64,000 bases of DNA from Amphiscolops sp. MND2022 (taxonomy: Eukaryota), in the NCBI GenBank assembly GCA_964187785.1, contig OZ076409.1, positions 96,598,001 to 96,662,000 of the forward strand. Reading direction: 5' to 3'. Every line of letters starts with the position of its first letter. Position 1 is the first letter of the stretch. Made by a program: the position numbers and the translations under genes. The notes beneath the pieces are model-generated. The model ran no database searches, was not told the DNA's origin, and worked only from the letters and a program-made list of their open reading frames with translations. This document shows, one piece after another, positions 1 to 12,861 of the stretch.

Positions 1-739
1 TGAACACTTGTATCAAGTGATCGCACTGCATGCCCCGTAGCCACTTCGTGTATTACTCTACTCGACTGTTAATTCCCTGCCATCGATGCTTGACGAATTC
101 TAACATTTGCAATTGAAAGAACAATATCGATATCGAAATGGTTGTAAAATCATTCAGTAATTTTGTTTTGAGTGATGTCTAGATTATTTTTCCATAACTC
201 TTAATTTATTGGTTTTCTGATTCTACTTTTTCTCGATACCGAGCAGTTCGTAGCAATTTTTTTCTTAGTTAGATTTTTCTTGCCATATTGGGCTTCTTAA
301 TAAGATTTTTCTTGCCATATTGGGCTTCTTAGTAAGATTTTTCTTGGAAACATGGCTCTCTTGATAAGATCTTACCATGGCATCTTGCAATTCTTGGCAA
401 TATCTTGTCACGATCTTAGCTAAGATTTTTCCAAGATCTTGCCAAGATCTTACTAAGATATCCATGGAGGGTCGACCCGGGACTCCAATTTTCCGCCCAT
501 ATCTCGGAAACTATTTATATTCAAAATAAATGCTTTTGTTGAAAATTTCTTGGAACTTAATCTAGTTTTCTAGTTTACATTCGTGATTGTTTGAACTTTC
601 GATGACAAATGTTGCAGAAATTAGTTTTTAATACCTCTATAGGTACTATTTGTTGGCGATCCAAATTTTATTAGATTTTGTCTAAATTGGAAACATTTTG
701 ATCAACAATTTAGAATTGATTATTTTTCCACTCTCAGTT

Positions 740-1140
740 GGGATGCGGGACAAAACAGCCGATTTTAAAACGAGACAAAACAGCCGATTTTTGAAACGGG
801 ACAAAATGAGTGCTGTTACAGCCAATATGAATGGAACTTTATTTATTTGAAGAGGTTAGCATATTTGTTGCATGGCTCGGTCGCTTCGCTCCTTTCGCCA
901 AGTAGCAACATTGAGGCATGGCCATATGGCACGTCGCTCCGCTTCGCTTCGCTCCTGCATTTAGGGCACTAGAGGTATGTGAACATAGCTGACTACGTTA
1001 TAATGATAATTGTATTGACTGCTAATCTTACGCATTGACAAAATCGGCGATTTTTATTTTTACCAATCAGCGACTTTGTACTGTTTCCAAATCGGCTGTT
1101 TTGTCCTTTTTTGAAAATCGGCTATTTTGTCCCGCTCGCC
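740..1140. mobile_element. Non-autonomous TIR element (MITE) with repeated GACAAAACAGCCGATTTT subterminal units
   Basis: Left GGGATGCGGGACAAAACAGCCGATTTT matches the reverse complement of the right end AAAATCGGCTATTTTGTCCCGCTCGCC; TCAGTT flanks both sides (734-739, 1141-1146). Confidence 0.65.
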
Positions 1141-1211
1141 TCAGTTGTTTAGGTGAAATATTTTTCAGATGAGGGAACAAAGGATTCAAGGGATGTAGAT
1201 GTCTATTGCTT

Positions 1212-1280
1212 TCAGATTAGTTCTACTTTCGCAACAGGGTTGAGTATCTTAGGAAAATCGATGACATTCAGATGATAAAA
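1212..1280 (-). CDS. Possible terminal exon of uncharacterised host gene A (FYHLNVIDFPKILNPVAKVELI*)
   Basis: CAG acceptor at 1282-1281; phase 0 matches the donor of exon 3124-3537. No homology recognised. Confidence 0.2.
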   Translation of the reverse strand, partial: FYHLNVIDFPKILNPVAKVELI

Positions 1281-1943
1281 CTGCTTGTAAGTGTACAAAT
1301 AATGTGTAAGTCAATGTTCGAGAGCGTATGAACTAGGAGGGAATAATCAAGTTACTGTTTCACTGATGAAAGTGGACTCTCTTGCAAAATTTCCTATGGA
1401 GCGAACGATTGGTAAGGCGCAATCCTTTCCATCTAGCGGTCCGATTGGTCCAAATGGGTTGAAGCTAAATGGTTGGTCAAGTGACCAGTTATTACCAACA
1501 TGGTGGCCAGAAGTCTACCGGATACTAATTGATCTATCGTTTCGGCGCGAAACGATAGATGAATTAGTATCCGTGCACATGAAAGATTTGAACACAACTT
1601 AAAATTAAATTTACATGAATCCCATGAAAATAAATGAGCAAGGGTTTGATGTTTAAGAGATCGGTGAAAGTGATTCTTTATACGTCGTTGACTGCAGTTA
1701 AGTTCGCGTTCTAGTGTCATTTTCATCGAACGATGTGAAAACCATGCACGGGTTTCATCATTTTTATATCGTCTTCACTTCCACTAATTTGGGTCTGAAT
1801 TAGGCGATGACAAAGTGATGGATTTCCTTCATCGTTTCTACATCGTTACGAATTAAAAGTAAAAGATTCAGCGTTGGAGCGATGAAAAACGGTTGTTTTC
1901 AGATTTCATGTCACTGCAGTTTTTCAAAGAATGTTAGTTTACA

Positions 1944-2410
1944 TTTTTAGTCGGGGCCTTTTCCCTTAAGGAACAAAGCCCGACTATTACAGTGGGTAGT
2001 TTTTTTCAGCTGACAATCTCACTCTGTGTGGTCCACTTTTCTTACAATTTTCATCTTGCATTTCATCTTGCATACAAGCTTGCAACTAATTTTACGGGAC
2101 CAAAGGGTACTTGGATATAAAATTTTCAAAGTTCGGATGTAACGTTTTCAAAGTTCGGATGTGACGTTTTCAAAGTTCGGATGTGATGTTTTCAAAGTTC
2201 GGATGTAACGTTTTCAAAGTTCGGATGTAACGTTTTCAAAATTCCGATATAACGTTTTCATTTCTCGTATAACATTATCGATTTTTCCCCAAAATTTCAC
2301 AAACTTTGCGTCCAAAGTAATGCTTTAGGTTCGGGTTTCCAGTACTATAGGGCTTTTTTGGACTTTTGAGCCTTAGATGGGGCGCCGACCTGGGGCGTTC
2401 CCGGCTTGTT
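1944..2410 (+). mobile_element. Helentron/DINE-1-like non-autonomous element, family H1
   Basis: 5' TTTTAGTCGG subTIR with nearby inverted repeat; 3' GGCGCCGAC subTIR and CTTGTT end; internal 22-bp tandem array; about nine related copies in the window. Confidence 0.7.
2123..2254 (+). repeat. Tandem repeat, 6 x 22 bp (TTTTCAAAGTTCGGATGTAACG)
   Basis: Directly visible; lies inside the H1 copy. Confidence 0.9.
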
Positions 2411-2920
2411 CCTCTTTCTTGTGACCTACTTTCTGGCTGGATTTTCCCCAATATTGCAAACATTTAGTGCGCAGTATTGATTCAGGAGGCTCATAATAAA
2501 GAATACCTAATTCATACCCACTCAGGTGAAAGGGGATTGACATAACTGTTGTAGGGTTGCTCACGACTAAGAAGCTTACCATGTAGCTTCATACTGGCTT
2601 TACACAAGTATATTTGACATAAATGGGTACTCCTGACTAAGTGTGGTCCCAAGCAATTTCTCCTTAGTAAGTGTGGTCCCTATTTATTAAGTGTGGTCCC
2701 TGCATATTTTGTCGAAATTATTGTTATAACGTAGTCACCTATGTTCACATACCCCTAGTGCCCTAAATGCAGGAGCGAAGCGAAGCGGAGCGACGTGCCA
2801 TATGGCCATGCCTCAATGTTGCTACTTGGCGAAGGGAGCGAAGCGGCCGAGCCATACAACAAATATGTTAACCTCTTCAAATTATAACCTGAAAATAATC
2901 CCTTTGAATAGTCACCGGTT

Positions 2921-3025
2921 GGCGAACTTCATTCATGGCTAACTTTAATCATGGCGAACTTTAATCTTGGCGAACTTTATTGGGCGAACTTTATTTTGGC
3001 GAACTTTATCTTGGCGAACTTTATA
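2921..3025 (+). repeat. Tandem GGCGAACTTTA units (~7), probably a MITE arm
   Basis: Directly visible; causes the spurious ANFIL repeat ORF. Confidence 0.75.
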
Positions 3026-3123
3026 TGGAGCCGGGCCCGATTGTTCTTGAAAATTCAAAACATTAGAGGGCCGTTTTTTCGATTCGTCTCAAATATGAAG
3101 ACTATTTTCATGTATTACCTTAC

Positions 3124-3537
3124 CTGTAGCTTGCTTTTCAAACTTTCTTCTTTTTCCAGAAACTCCACAAAGCCTGGCATCATCTGGATTGTGTAAATGA
3201 ACTCGAAGAATACTTCCAGAATTTCATCGTTCAAATCAGTTTCAGCCAGAAGTGTTTGCGCAATTGTACAGAAAGAGGTGTCTTTTGCATTTATGATCTC
3301 ATCAATGTTTCCATGCTTCTCACACTCGTAGAGGTTGCTGAAACTTCCCAGCATCTTCGTCATGAAGTCGATTTCCAGGCACGTCAATGACTCACTCGGT
3401 TTGAATTTAGCGAAGATCATGAGCCAGTTTTGGATGGCCTCTGGAAAATTTTGTTCCAAAGCTTCCAGTTTTTCAGCCCTCGTTTCATCGTCCCATTCTA
3501 CATCGTTATCAAAAATGCAATAACGCATGAAAAATAT
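3124..3537 (-). CDS. Exon of uncharacterised acidic helical host protein (gene A)
   Basis: Open frame IFFMRYCIFD...SLKSKLQ; TTTAG acceptor at 3539-3538; CAG|GTAAGG donor at 3123; phase 0 at both ends. Confidence 0.55.
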
Positions 3538-4232
3538 CTAAACAGCAATGATGGAGTTTGAGCTCATGTATTCAGGGTATGCAGAAAACTCGTCGACAAC
3601 AATTCGTCGAAAACAAAGGGCGGAAAACTGCTCGAAAATTATCTAGTCGAATAATAAGTGAGTGCAAACTCCTCGAATAATTACAAATTACCCACGCAGA
3701 CTACCCATGGCTAATTATGGATTAATTTTCTTCAATTGATGCGTGAAATTTCCAGTTTTGCGCATGATAAATGATAAAACTTTTTTAGTTATATAATTGC
3801 TTGATATGTTCAACTTTTACAGTTTACAATGAAATAAGAACTTCGGCGAGTCATTAGAAGTTCATCACAGTTCGATCACATTTCGATCGGTGCGACATGT
3901 CTTCCGTCTGAGAATTTTCGGCGAGTTGTTTTCGACGAATTTTCCTAGATTCTCGATTTAGAATCTACAAACGCGAGGAAAACTTTGCAAAATATTTTCA
4001 TTTTGAAAAACTGGCGTGACTGCCAATGCAAAGTATCTGCTAAATTTTTGAGAAACGTGGATCAAAATTGAATTATAATACTAATAATAATACTAATAAT
4101 GAGTCTTTTTTGCCCCATATAAATTTTATTCGAAAAAAAACTGTCAAAATATTAATGTAAAAAATTTAGAACTAAACTAGAAACCTTTATTTTTATGTTT
4201 TTTCTCAGGACGACAAGTTAGCTTTCAGATAC

Positions 4233-6445
4233 TGTCACAGCCGCAGCTGTGCTGTGAGAACTGCCGCCAAATATGCGCAGTCTATGGAGAAGGAAGATGG
4301 GAGTAAGCCAAACAATCAACATATAACTGGTATGTGCTAATTTAATAATAATAAATTAAAAGAACGGTGCTAACACAATTATAGTAATAGTTAGTAATAT
4401 AAAGAACAAGATCGGAACTAATTTATACTAAATAATATATAAAAAGGAGCTAAAATAAAATAACAATATTTAAATAATACATACAAGTTTATAAATATAT
4501 ACGTACTTATAGGATACCAATCAATATGGAACTATTGTGCAGTTAATCATGCTAATACAGTGCTATATAATTAATGATAACCAAACCACACCGCTCAGCA
4601 AGCGGCCTGAGAAAGCAAAGGCGGAACTACGGCCTGGCAGCCGGCCTTAAATTCTAACAGCGAGGCGTCGGCCTGGCGTGCGGCCTGAGATTGAAATACG
4701 CTGTACACTACTAATCAGCAGTAAATGCGGTACCATTGAGTGCATATAAACTTGCCAAAGTGTTTCACATACATTTTAAACGCTGCTATACATGTAATAG
4801 TGCTAATGATTAAATATTAATGATGATTGTATGAAGATCACATACCGCGGCTTGGGACGCGGCCTGAAATCAAAATTTATAGAAGCCCATTGAATATATG
4901 GAAAATGCTGATGCTAACAGTAGTTTCCATTTCCACATGATTTCTGAGTCTGTCATCTATGACCATGAATGATAAGAGTTTGTTGGATGCGATTTATACC
5001 TTCATTATTCATGTAAATTGAGTTAAATGGTAAGACAACCCAGACTACGGCCTGGGGCTGAGTTTAGTTGATTCCATAGAAACTTGATGAGTATTAATAC
5101 CACATGAAAGTATTTCAAATCAAACACAATGAAACCGCGACCTAATAAACATGATTGTAAGCGATAATCGTTGATTGCATGTAATTTGTAACAATTTTTT
5201 TCAAGTAACACTTTGATTTCTGAACGCAATAAACCATGGCCTAGACCCCGGCCTGGGAATAAATTCTTTAACCCGTGCTATTTGATCACTATTAATCTCC
5301 CACACCACCTTTCCAAGCCAATTTCCATTTAAGTAGATTAATCAACGTTCCAAATAATATTCCCGAGATGATTTATTCAATGTAAAATTTCGTTTGTTGC
5401 TACTTAACCTTCGTTATGAGGAGTTATTCATTTTTTTTCCTAATTGCTCCGAACCATAGCCTGGGACCAGGATTTTCTTATCTGTACCTGATTAGTGCTT
5501 TAACGCCCCATAAGTGAATTTATAAATCAATGTGCAGTTCCGTTAATATAATCGTTATTTTCCGCAGTTTGAGCTGATTAATTTGGGATAAATTCATTAT
5601 TCCATAAAACGATTGTCATTATTTTACTGTCATTCTTTCCATCTTTTGAGCTTGAGTTATTGAGTCATTGTACAATTTGCCGCCGAATTCAGCTTCGGCG
5701 TCCCAAAGAGGCGTGAATTGGAGGCGAAAGGAAGCGGAGTCGCAACTCAGACAGGAAGTGGACGCGTGCTTTCCCTGGAAAGCATGAACAAACTGAGAGC
5801 CTGAGTTCGACAAAGCGGAACTGAACTTCCGGTTTCCTCGCCTTGGAGGGACGCCGGACTGAATGAAGTGTGAAAATGTTGTGGATTTTTCCCCGCTTCA
5901 CGTGTGCAGAAGATATATATAGTTGGAAAACTTAAACTAAGTTCAATTGTTGTTAAAATTAATTTTTTATGAAACTTTTGTCATTTCGCTTTGTTATTCA
6001 ATAAAGATTGAAAAACGTCAATTTTTTCCTACCCAGTGAAGATCTTGAGATTAAAGTTCTTCAAACTCTACAATACTCGAGTAATCAAAAATGCCTGAAA
6101 GATCTTCGAGGAGAAAAGCCAGGAGAGATTCTTTGACTAGTTCAATAGGTGAACCTGAATCTTCGAGCCTGCGAACAGAAAAGATCCCCAGCATTTCGGA
6201 TAGAGATTCCGCCGAAATATCTGAGAAAATTGAGAAATCTATCGGTAGGAGAGTTAAAGATACCGAAGCTGGATAGAGAGAAATTCTAAAAATGATTGGA
6301 AACCTGTCCTCGAAGATAGACTCTCTGTCAGGACAAACGTCAAGTACCGTTGACCTAGATGCGGTAGAAAATCGCCCTGAGAGTCTGATACCTACCTCTA
6401 GACTGATCGAAGTGAACGAGTTGACCAGAGGAGAAGATCATCACA
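4233..6445 (+). repeat. 5' LTR (2213 bp)
   Basis: TGTCACAG...CATCACA; direct repeat of 16680-18837 with scattered substitutions and indels. Confidence 0.93.
5899..6005 (+). promoter_or_regulatory. LTR promoter / poly(A) signals
   Basis: CACGTG 5899-5904, TATATATA ~5914, AATAAA 6000-6005; also present in the 3' LTR (TATA ~18311, AATAAA 18391). Confidence 0.55.
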
Positions 6446-7608
6446 TGATGACAGGAGTAACTGTACCCCAAGAAATCCCCACAAGATGATCAAGCCTGCT
6501 ACCGCCCAACCAGAAGTACCCCGACGACATAGTGATCAAACTCTTGGAATCACTTAAAAATGTTACCCAACAAAATCTGGGACCCAGACTGCCAAAGGCA
6601 TTATCAACGACAAGGTCAACGTTTGACGGACGTAACGACAAGTTTGAACATTTTGAAAATTTATTCACCACAAGCCTCCAAGTATACCCAAACATTTCAG
6701 AGGAGGAACATAAACACTATTTCCACTCCCTTCTACGAGGCGATGCCCTGCAAGTATACCGAAACATGACCGACACAAACCGTGCAGCCTTGAGGACATT
6801 GTCTCAACAATCAGGAGAAGATACGCACGTCCACAGTCAGTAGCAACAGCACGATGCAAAGGGGAGCAACTCCATTTTGACCCATCCAGACAGAAGTTCA
6901 AGAATTTCTAGAACAATACCAATAGTTGGCCCAAGAAGCCTACGGAGATGACGCCCCGAAATTCACCGAGACATCCTTCTACGCGAAAATGCCACTGCAC
7001 CTGAAACGAGTCCTCAACCAAGCCAGGTTGGACACTGAAATCTACGACACAAGGGTCCAACATTTAGAAAGGGAGACGGAGCTGAATGGATTATCAGACC
7101 CCATTGACAATAATGTAAAGAGAATACATCAAATCGATGCCCAAGAACAAAAACAAGCCCCCAACCCACCTAAACCAGCAGGCCGTGTTTCGAATGCGGC
7201 CACTCCGGACACGTTATCAAGAACTGTCAAAAAACGGCCCGCGAAGCACGGAACAGAGGCAATAGAGTGCCGAACAAGATAGTTGACCCGTGCGAAACTT
7301 GTGGAAAGAAAAACCACACAAAACAGGAATGCTACTCGGGCGCTAATTGGGCAAACAGGCCACAGTGGTGGAAAACCCCTAAAGCCACCCCGCCAAACAA
7401 CATTCCGATACCACAACAACCACAAGGTCAGTACGTAAAAGAAAGTTTACAAGTGGCCCAACCTCAATATCACAACCAGGCAACCGGCCAAATGGGCTAT
7501 CTACCCCCTCCCCAAATGCCAGCTCAACGACCAAGACGCAGAACGGGTAACCGAAATCATAGTGGACAATACAGACAATACGGTAAAACCCATACTGAAA
7601 AACAATAG
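6091..7608 (+). pseudogene. gag: gag, disrupted; frame opens inside the 5' LTR
   Basis: ORFs at 6091, 6292 and 6532 share one frame; capsid-like TFDGRNDKFEHFENLF; CX2CX4HX4C knuckles CFECGHSGHVIKNC (~7186) and CETCGKKNHTKQEC (~7291). Confidence 0.8.
6446..6458 (+). promoter_or_regulatory. Primer-binding site, probably tRNA-Leu type (mutated)
   Basis: TGATGACAGGAGT directly follows the LTR; 2 mismatches from the tRNA-Leu-type PBS TGGTGTCAGGAGT. Confidence 0.5.
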
Positions 7609-10600
7609 ACCACATACCATCACAGCTCCGCAATCACCACTGAGAAATTCAACATTGAACCCCATCAGAGCTGGAACTCTACGATCGCCATCAATGGACA
7701 TAGCACCTGATTCCCATCTCACTGAAAATCTAACCGTCAGTCCCACGACTGAAGCCGTGGACCCACTCACTACCACATTGAGCACTGAGACACATATCTC
7801 CAAACCACAAACAAGGAGGATCAAGAAGTCTCTACTCCTAGAGCCCCTCTCCTACAACGAGACGTCGTTCTCATCTCTCTTCCTCAGTATTCAGTCGGAA
7901 GATGGAGTTAAAAACACTCAACCCATCATGACTGACGAACCTAACATCCAGTCTGAATCCCAACCAGGTGTTGCAAACGACACACCACAACAGGACAAAC
8001 CAAGGTCCTATCCCTCAGAGCAGTCTGCAGAATACCCGAGGCAAAACCACACAGTCAGAGGGACGCCAACCCCCCTCTTCCTTAACAATAGGCAGTCCGA
8101 ACACGAAGTCGAGGATCCTCGACCCACAGAGACCACCACAACTAACATGAGAGCTGAATCCCCATCAGGTGATGTAATTGACACACCAACACCGGACGAA
8201 CCCCAGTCCTACCCAATGGCTCAGATCGCAGAATACCTTCGACAAGACCCAATAACAAGAAACATGCGTCCCAATTGTTTCAGCAGTAGCACTCAAACGC
8301 AAAAAGAAGATGCTATTCGCGCCGATGGAATTTAAAAACCTCACGTTGGACGCACTAATCGACTCCGGTGCACTAGTAAACTGCATCTCAGAAGCCGACT
8401 ACCGAAAGATTCACCAGATGTCCCCCAAAGACATCGTTATAGAAATGGAGCCACCACCCTCCAAACTCCAAGTCGCAAATGGCGATATTGAAGCCCCAAC
8501 CAAAACAATACTCCTCCAATTCGAAGACGGAGATTGGAATTTCAAAGAGACGTTTATCGTAGCTCAAAGACTCACCGGACCCATACTCGGCCTCACATTT
8601 CTGAAAAACAACAGTGCTATACTAGACATGAGCCAAGGACTCCTACACTTCCCTCATCTTACATACTCAATCGCCACAGATGAGAATACCAGAAACCGGA
8701 AATTGTACAGACACCATACCAAATCTCCTATAACAATACCCCCAGAAACAACTCAAACAATCTCCGTCCACACAAATGTATCATCGAACATGGATACCAC
8801 AGGCGTGATCAATCCGGCCATCAACCACTGCAGCGGAAACACACTAGTTATGGCCAGCTCCATTTCCACAGCAGTAGACCGTAAACTGGACATCCGGGTA
8901 ACAAACACCACCCACGCCCCTTACACTATAACGAAAAACACAACTGTTGCCGAATTCAAGATAATGTCACCCGAAGAGGTGAAAGAATGGAAACCGATGA
9001 ATACCGCAGCACTTAAAGTACTGACCGAAGATGACTCAGAGGACGCGATCATTTACATAAATGAACTCCTCAAAACGGCAGACAGCCCGTCTCCAAACCA
9101 AAATTTCTGGTTCTCCACACCAAATATCCCCGGGGACCCAACTACTCATAACCCCATACAAAGCAGAATACTGAGGGAAATCCAGGAACTAGGGAAGATC
9201 CAAAAACTGGACCCCGCCGCCAGTCCCGAGGACCGCGAAGCATTCTTTAAACACTTTAACTGGAAAGATTCCCAACTTACAACCGAAGATCAAAGAGACA
9301 TTGAACAAATTCTTGTTGAATTCAATGACATACTCGCCAGACACAGGCTAGACATCGGCATCAACCACGAATTCAAGATCAAATTAACCCCGAAGACAGA
9401 AGAACCGACCTATTCACAGAGCCTGCCCTGCCCTATCAATTTAAAAGAGGATTTGACAGTTGAACTAGCCTTGATGCATTACTTCGGAATCATAACAACC
9501 CTTCCATTCAGCAAGTATGCCAGCTCAATCTTCGCTCAACGCAAGCCAAACGGGAGACTACGCCTGCTAGTAGACCTCAGGAAAGTCAATAACTTGATAT
9601 CCGATGATTATACCAACAACAAGCATCCGGTAAGCACGCTGACAGATGCAGATCAGCACCTTGCTGGCAAGAAGTTGTTCTGTAAGCTTAACTGCTCGCA
9701 AGCTTATCACGTACTGCAAATGGCAGATCAGAAGTCAGTTCAACTCCTCGCTTTCAATTTCGCCAGCAGGACGTTTGCTTACCTCAGATTGGCCCTAGGA
9801 CTGAGTCGCTCACTGTCATCATTCTCCAGCTTCATGAGGGAATATTTGGACAAAGCCATAAGAGCGGATAAATGCGCACAGTATGTCGATGACATTGGGA
9901 TAGCTACAAACTCTCCCGAAGAGCTGAAAAGCAATTTGAGAGAGGTTTTCCAATGCATCCGCACAGCAGAACTCCGGCTTACAATGGCCAAATGCCAGTT
10001 CGGTGCCAAGGAAGTTGAATTCCTTGGACGGACGATTTCCCCAGCAAGCGTGGCACCCCAGAGTCACAAGATCGAAAAATATCTACAAACTCTCAAGTTC
10101 CCATGAACCAAGAAGGGACTCCAAACATACATCGGGTTTGTAAATTACTGTCGAAATTACATTCCCCGCTTGTCAGAGAAAATCGCCTCTTCTCACGAAC
10201 TCATAAAGTCCGATAAACGAGCCAAAAATTGACTAAGAGCTAATAAACAACTTCGAGGCCATCAACAAGTCGCTTGACAAAGCCTGCGGACTTTGGCTCA
10301 AACAGCCGCTGCCAAACAGGCAGTATGTATTAATGACCGATGCCAACTTCAAGAACGCAGGATATGCCCTAATGACTGAAGAAGACCCAGAACAAAAGAT
10401 AACATCCACCAAGAAGACGTACGCTCCAGTGGCCTTTGGCTCCCAAACTTTCTCCCCGTCACAATTGAAAATGTCACTTTACGCCAAAGAGTTTTGGCAA
10501 TTTACTTCGCCTTCATGGAGTACAGCCACAACCTGTGGGGCTCCACCAAGCCCACAAACGTCGTGACAGATAAAAAATCAGTCACCATGTTTTTTCCAAC

Positions 10601-12700
10601 CGAAATGATCCCACCTTCACTTTGGAACGCCTGCGATTTCGTACTGCAATTCCATTTGAAAATTGCTCACGTCCCAGGAAGAATGAACACAGCGGCCGAC
10701 TTCCTCTCCCGCCTGGACATCAACCCGGAAGACGAGGTCATCCTCCAGATCTGAGAAGACATACAAACGACGCCAACACAGGTCAACATCCAATCGTCCG
10801 ACATACAAGAAGATGATCAATTCTACTTCCTGCCAGAAGACGATTCTGAAACTGACGAAGACATTTGGGGACGGAAACAGAAAACCAGGAAGAACATATA
10901 CACCCCTAGATGAACGAGAAGAACTGATGAACGACTCCCCCAGCACGAATTCTCAAACGGAGAACCTACCACTGGTAAGTAACAACATACAAGACCAAGA
11001 TAGCGAACAGAGGCGCAAAATCCACGACGACAACAATTTCCCACGTAGCCTCAAACCACATCAAGACCAGGACCCCATCCTCAGAAACATCAAACTTTAA
11101 ATCCTGAAAGAACCCTATGACAATCAACTCCGAAATGCGGATAGTAGAGCCGCGAAGTATCTTGCCCAGGAAGACCGCATCATCATCAAGGATGGGCCTC
11201 TATACCGACAATATTTTGGAGACACCGGCAATAAAATATCTCCAAGTCCTATTACCCAAACGACTAGTAGACGAGTTCATCCAGCACCAGCATGGGATGT
11301 TTGGCAAACACCCAGGAATCGCTAAAGTAATTCAACAGTGCCGTGAACGATACAACTACCCAGGACTTGCACTTAAAATATGCCAACACATATCACAGTG
11401 CCTGGAGTGTTTACAGACAAAGCGCACGCCAAACACCACGATCACCCCTCCCTTAACCGATGTGTCACAAATAGCAATGGGACCAGAAGACGCCATGCGA
11501 TAGGACATCGTACGATTCGACGATCCATCAGGAGGGTACAATGCCATCATCACCGCCATGGATGTCTTCTCGCGATATCTTTTCGCTTACAACGTTGCTC
11601 GCGTTGACACAAAAACAGTGGCCCGTGTGGTATTTGATATCATCACCCGACATTGCTATCTACCAACAACCATCATTACTGACAAAGGCTCTCAATTCAT
11701 CTCCGAGGCAATGAAGCAAACAACTGACCTTTTGGGAACCCACCTAAAACACGCCATAACCAAGCATGCCCAGACGATAGGCATTCTAGAAAGATCTCAT
11801 GCCTCGCTCAAAGAAAGCCTCAAGATTATGACAGGAGAACGAAGAACAATGTGGCACCAGCTTTTACCGATGGCAGTGTTAAACTACGACACGTCATACC
11901 ACTCATCGCTAGGATGCGAACCGATTAAGGTTTTCCATGGCAGAGTACCCTACAATGTACTCGTCCTCAAGTACGTACTTAAACGCTCACCTGAAGCGCC
12001 AACCAACAATGAAATTGCTGAAGGAGTCCTTCAACAGACAAAGGAAAATGTCTATCAAGCCAAACAGTCCCTGATGCGATCTTACGTCCGTCATAAGCAC
12101 TATTATGACAAGAAAGCATCAGCAAACCCCCTGGTAGCAAACGACAACTGTTATGCATTGCATCCAAAGGCGCATAGTCAGACGACAAAAATGCCGTTTA
12201 GAGACTACCTTTGGACGGGGCCATACATCGTGGTCGAAACAACAACTATCTAATCCGAAAACTCCAAACAAACCTAACACAGATTTTAAATAGAATCAGG
12301 CTCCGACCATTTACAAGTACCAACAAATTGGCTGATATTTCAATACTCCCCAAGGATTTCCAACAGGACAGTGAATTTGCCATACAACATGACGATCTAT
12401 ACGCATTAGCTTGGCAAGAATCTACCAACCAAACCACCCATGACCCCCTTTTGAAGTCAAACAACCCGAATCCAATGTCTCACACCCTGACCCAGGAGAA
12501 AACCACCTGCCAACATCCCCAGACCCCCCGACCCCCGACCTAATACAATATTCCCAGGATGTAATTGGTGACACCCAAGAAGATAGCCCAAACCCAAATA
12601 ACCCACCCGAACCTGAAGATTATATACAAACACCTAAATCTCATTACAATCTTCGAAAAAAACCCAACGTCAAATTGGAAACCAGACTAAGCATACTACA
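7562..12700 (+). pseudogene. pol: pol: Pro/Thr-rich spacer, protease, RT, RNase H, integrase; many stops and frameshifts
   Basis: ALIDSGA (8361), RLRLLVDLRK, YVDD (9882), LMTDANF, HVPGRMNTAADFLSR, HQHGMFGKHPG..CLEC, IITDKGSQF, WTGPY (~12212). Confidence 0.92.
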
Positions 12701-12861
12701 ACGCCCTAGAAGTCAATTCAGCAAACCTGGCAAATCCAAACCAAAGCCTGGACGATGGCCCAGAAATACAGCACTTGGCGGGCTTCGGCCCAGACGGCGG
12801 GCTGAGATCAGAAAATTATTAAAGCCCCAGTCACTGACCTGGACGGCAATCTCACGACATT

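Noticed and set aside
265..465. 66-aa ORF and the many other short ORFs in repeats
   Set aside because: They lie in MITE or H1 repeats or antisense to gag-pol, with no splice or domain support.
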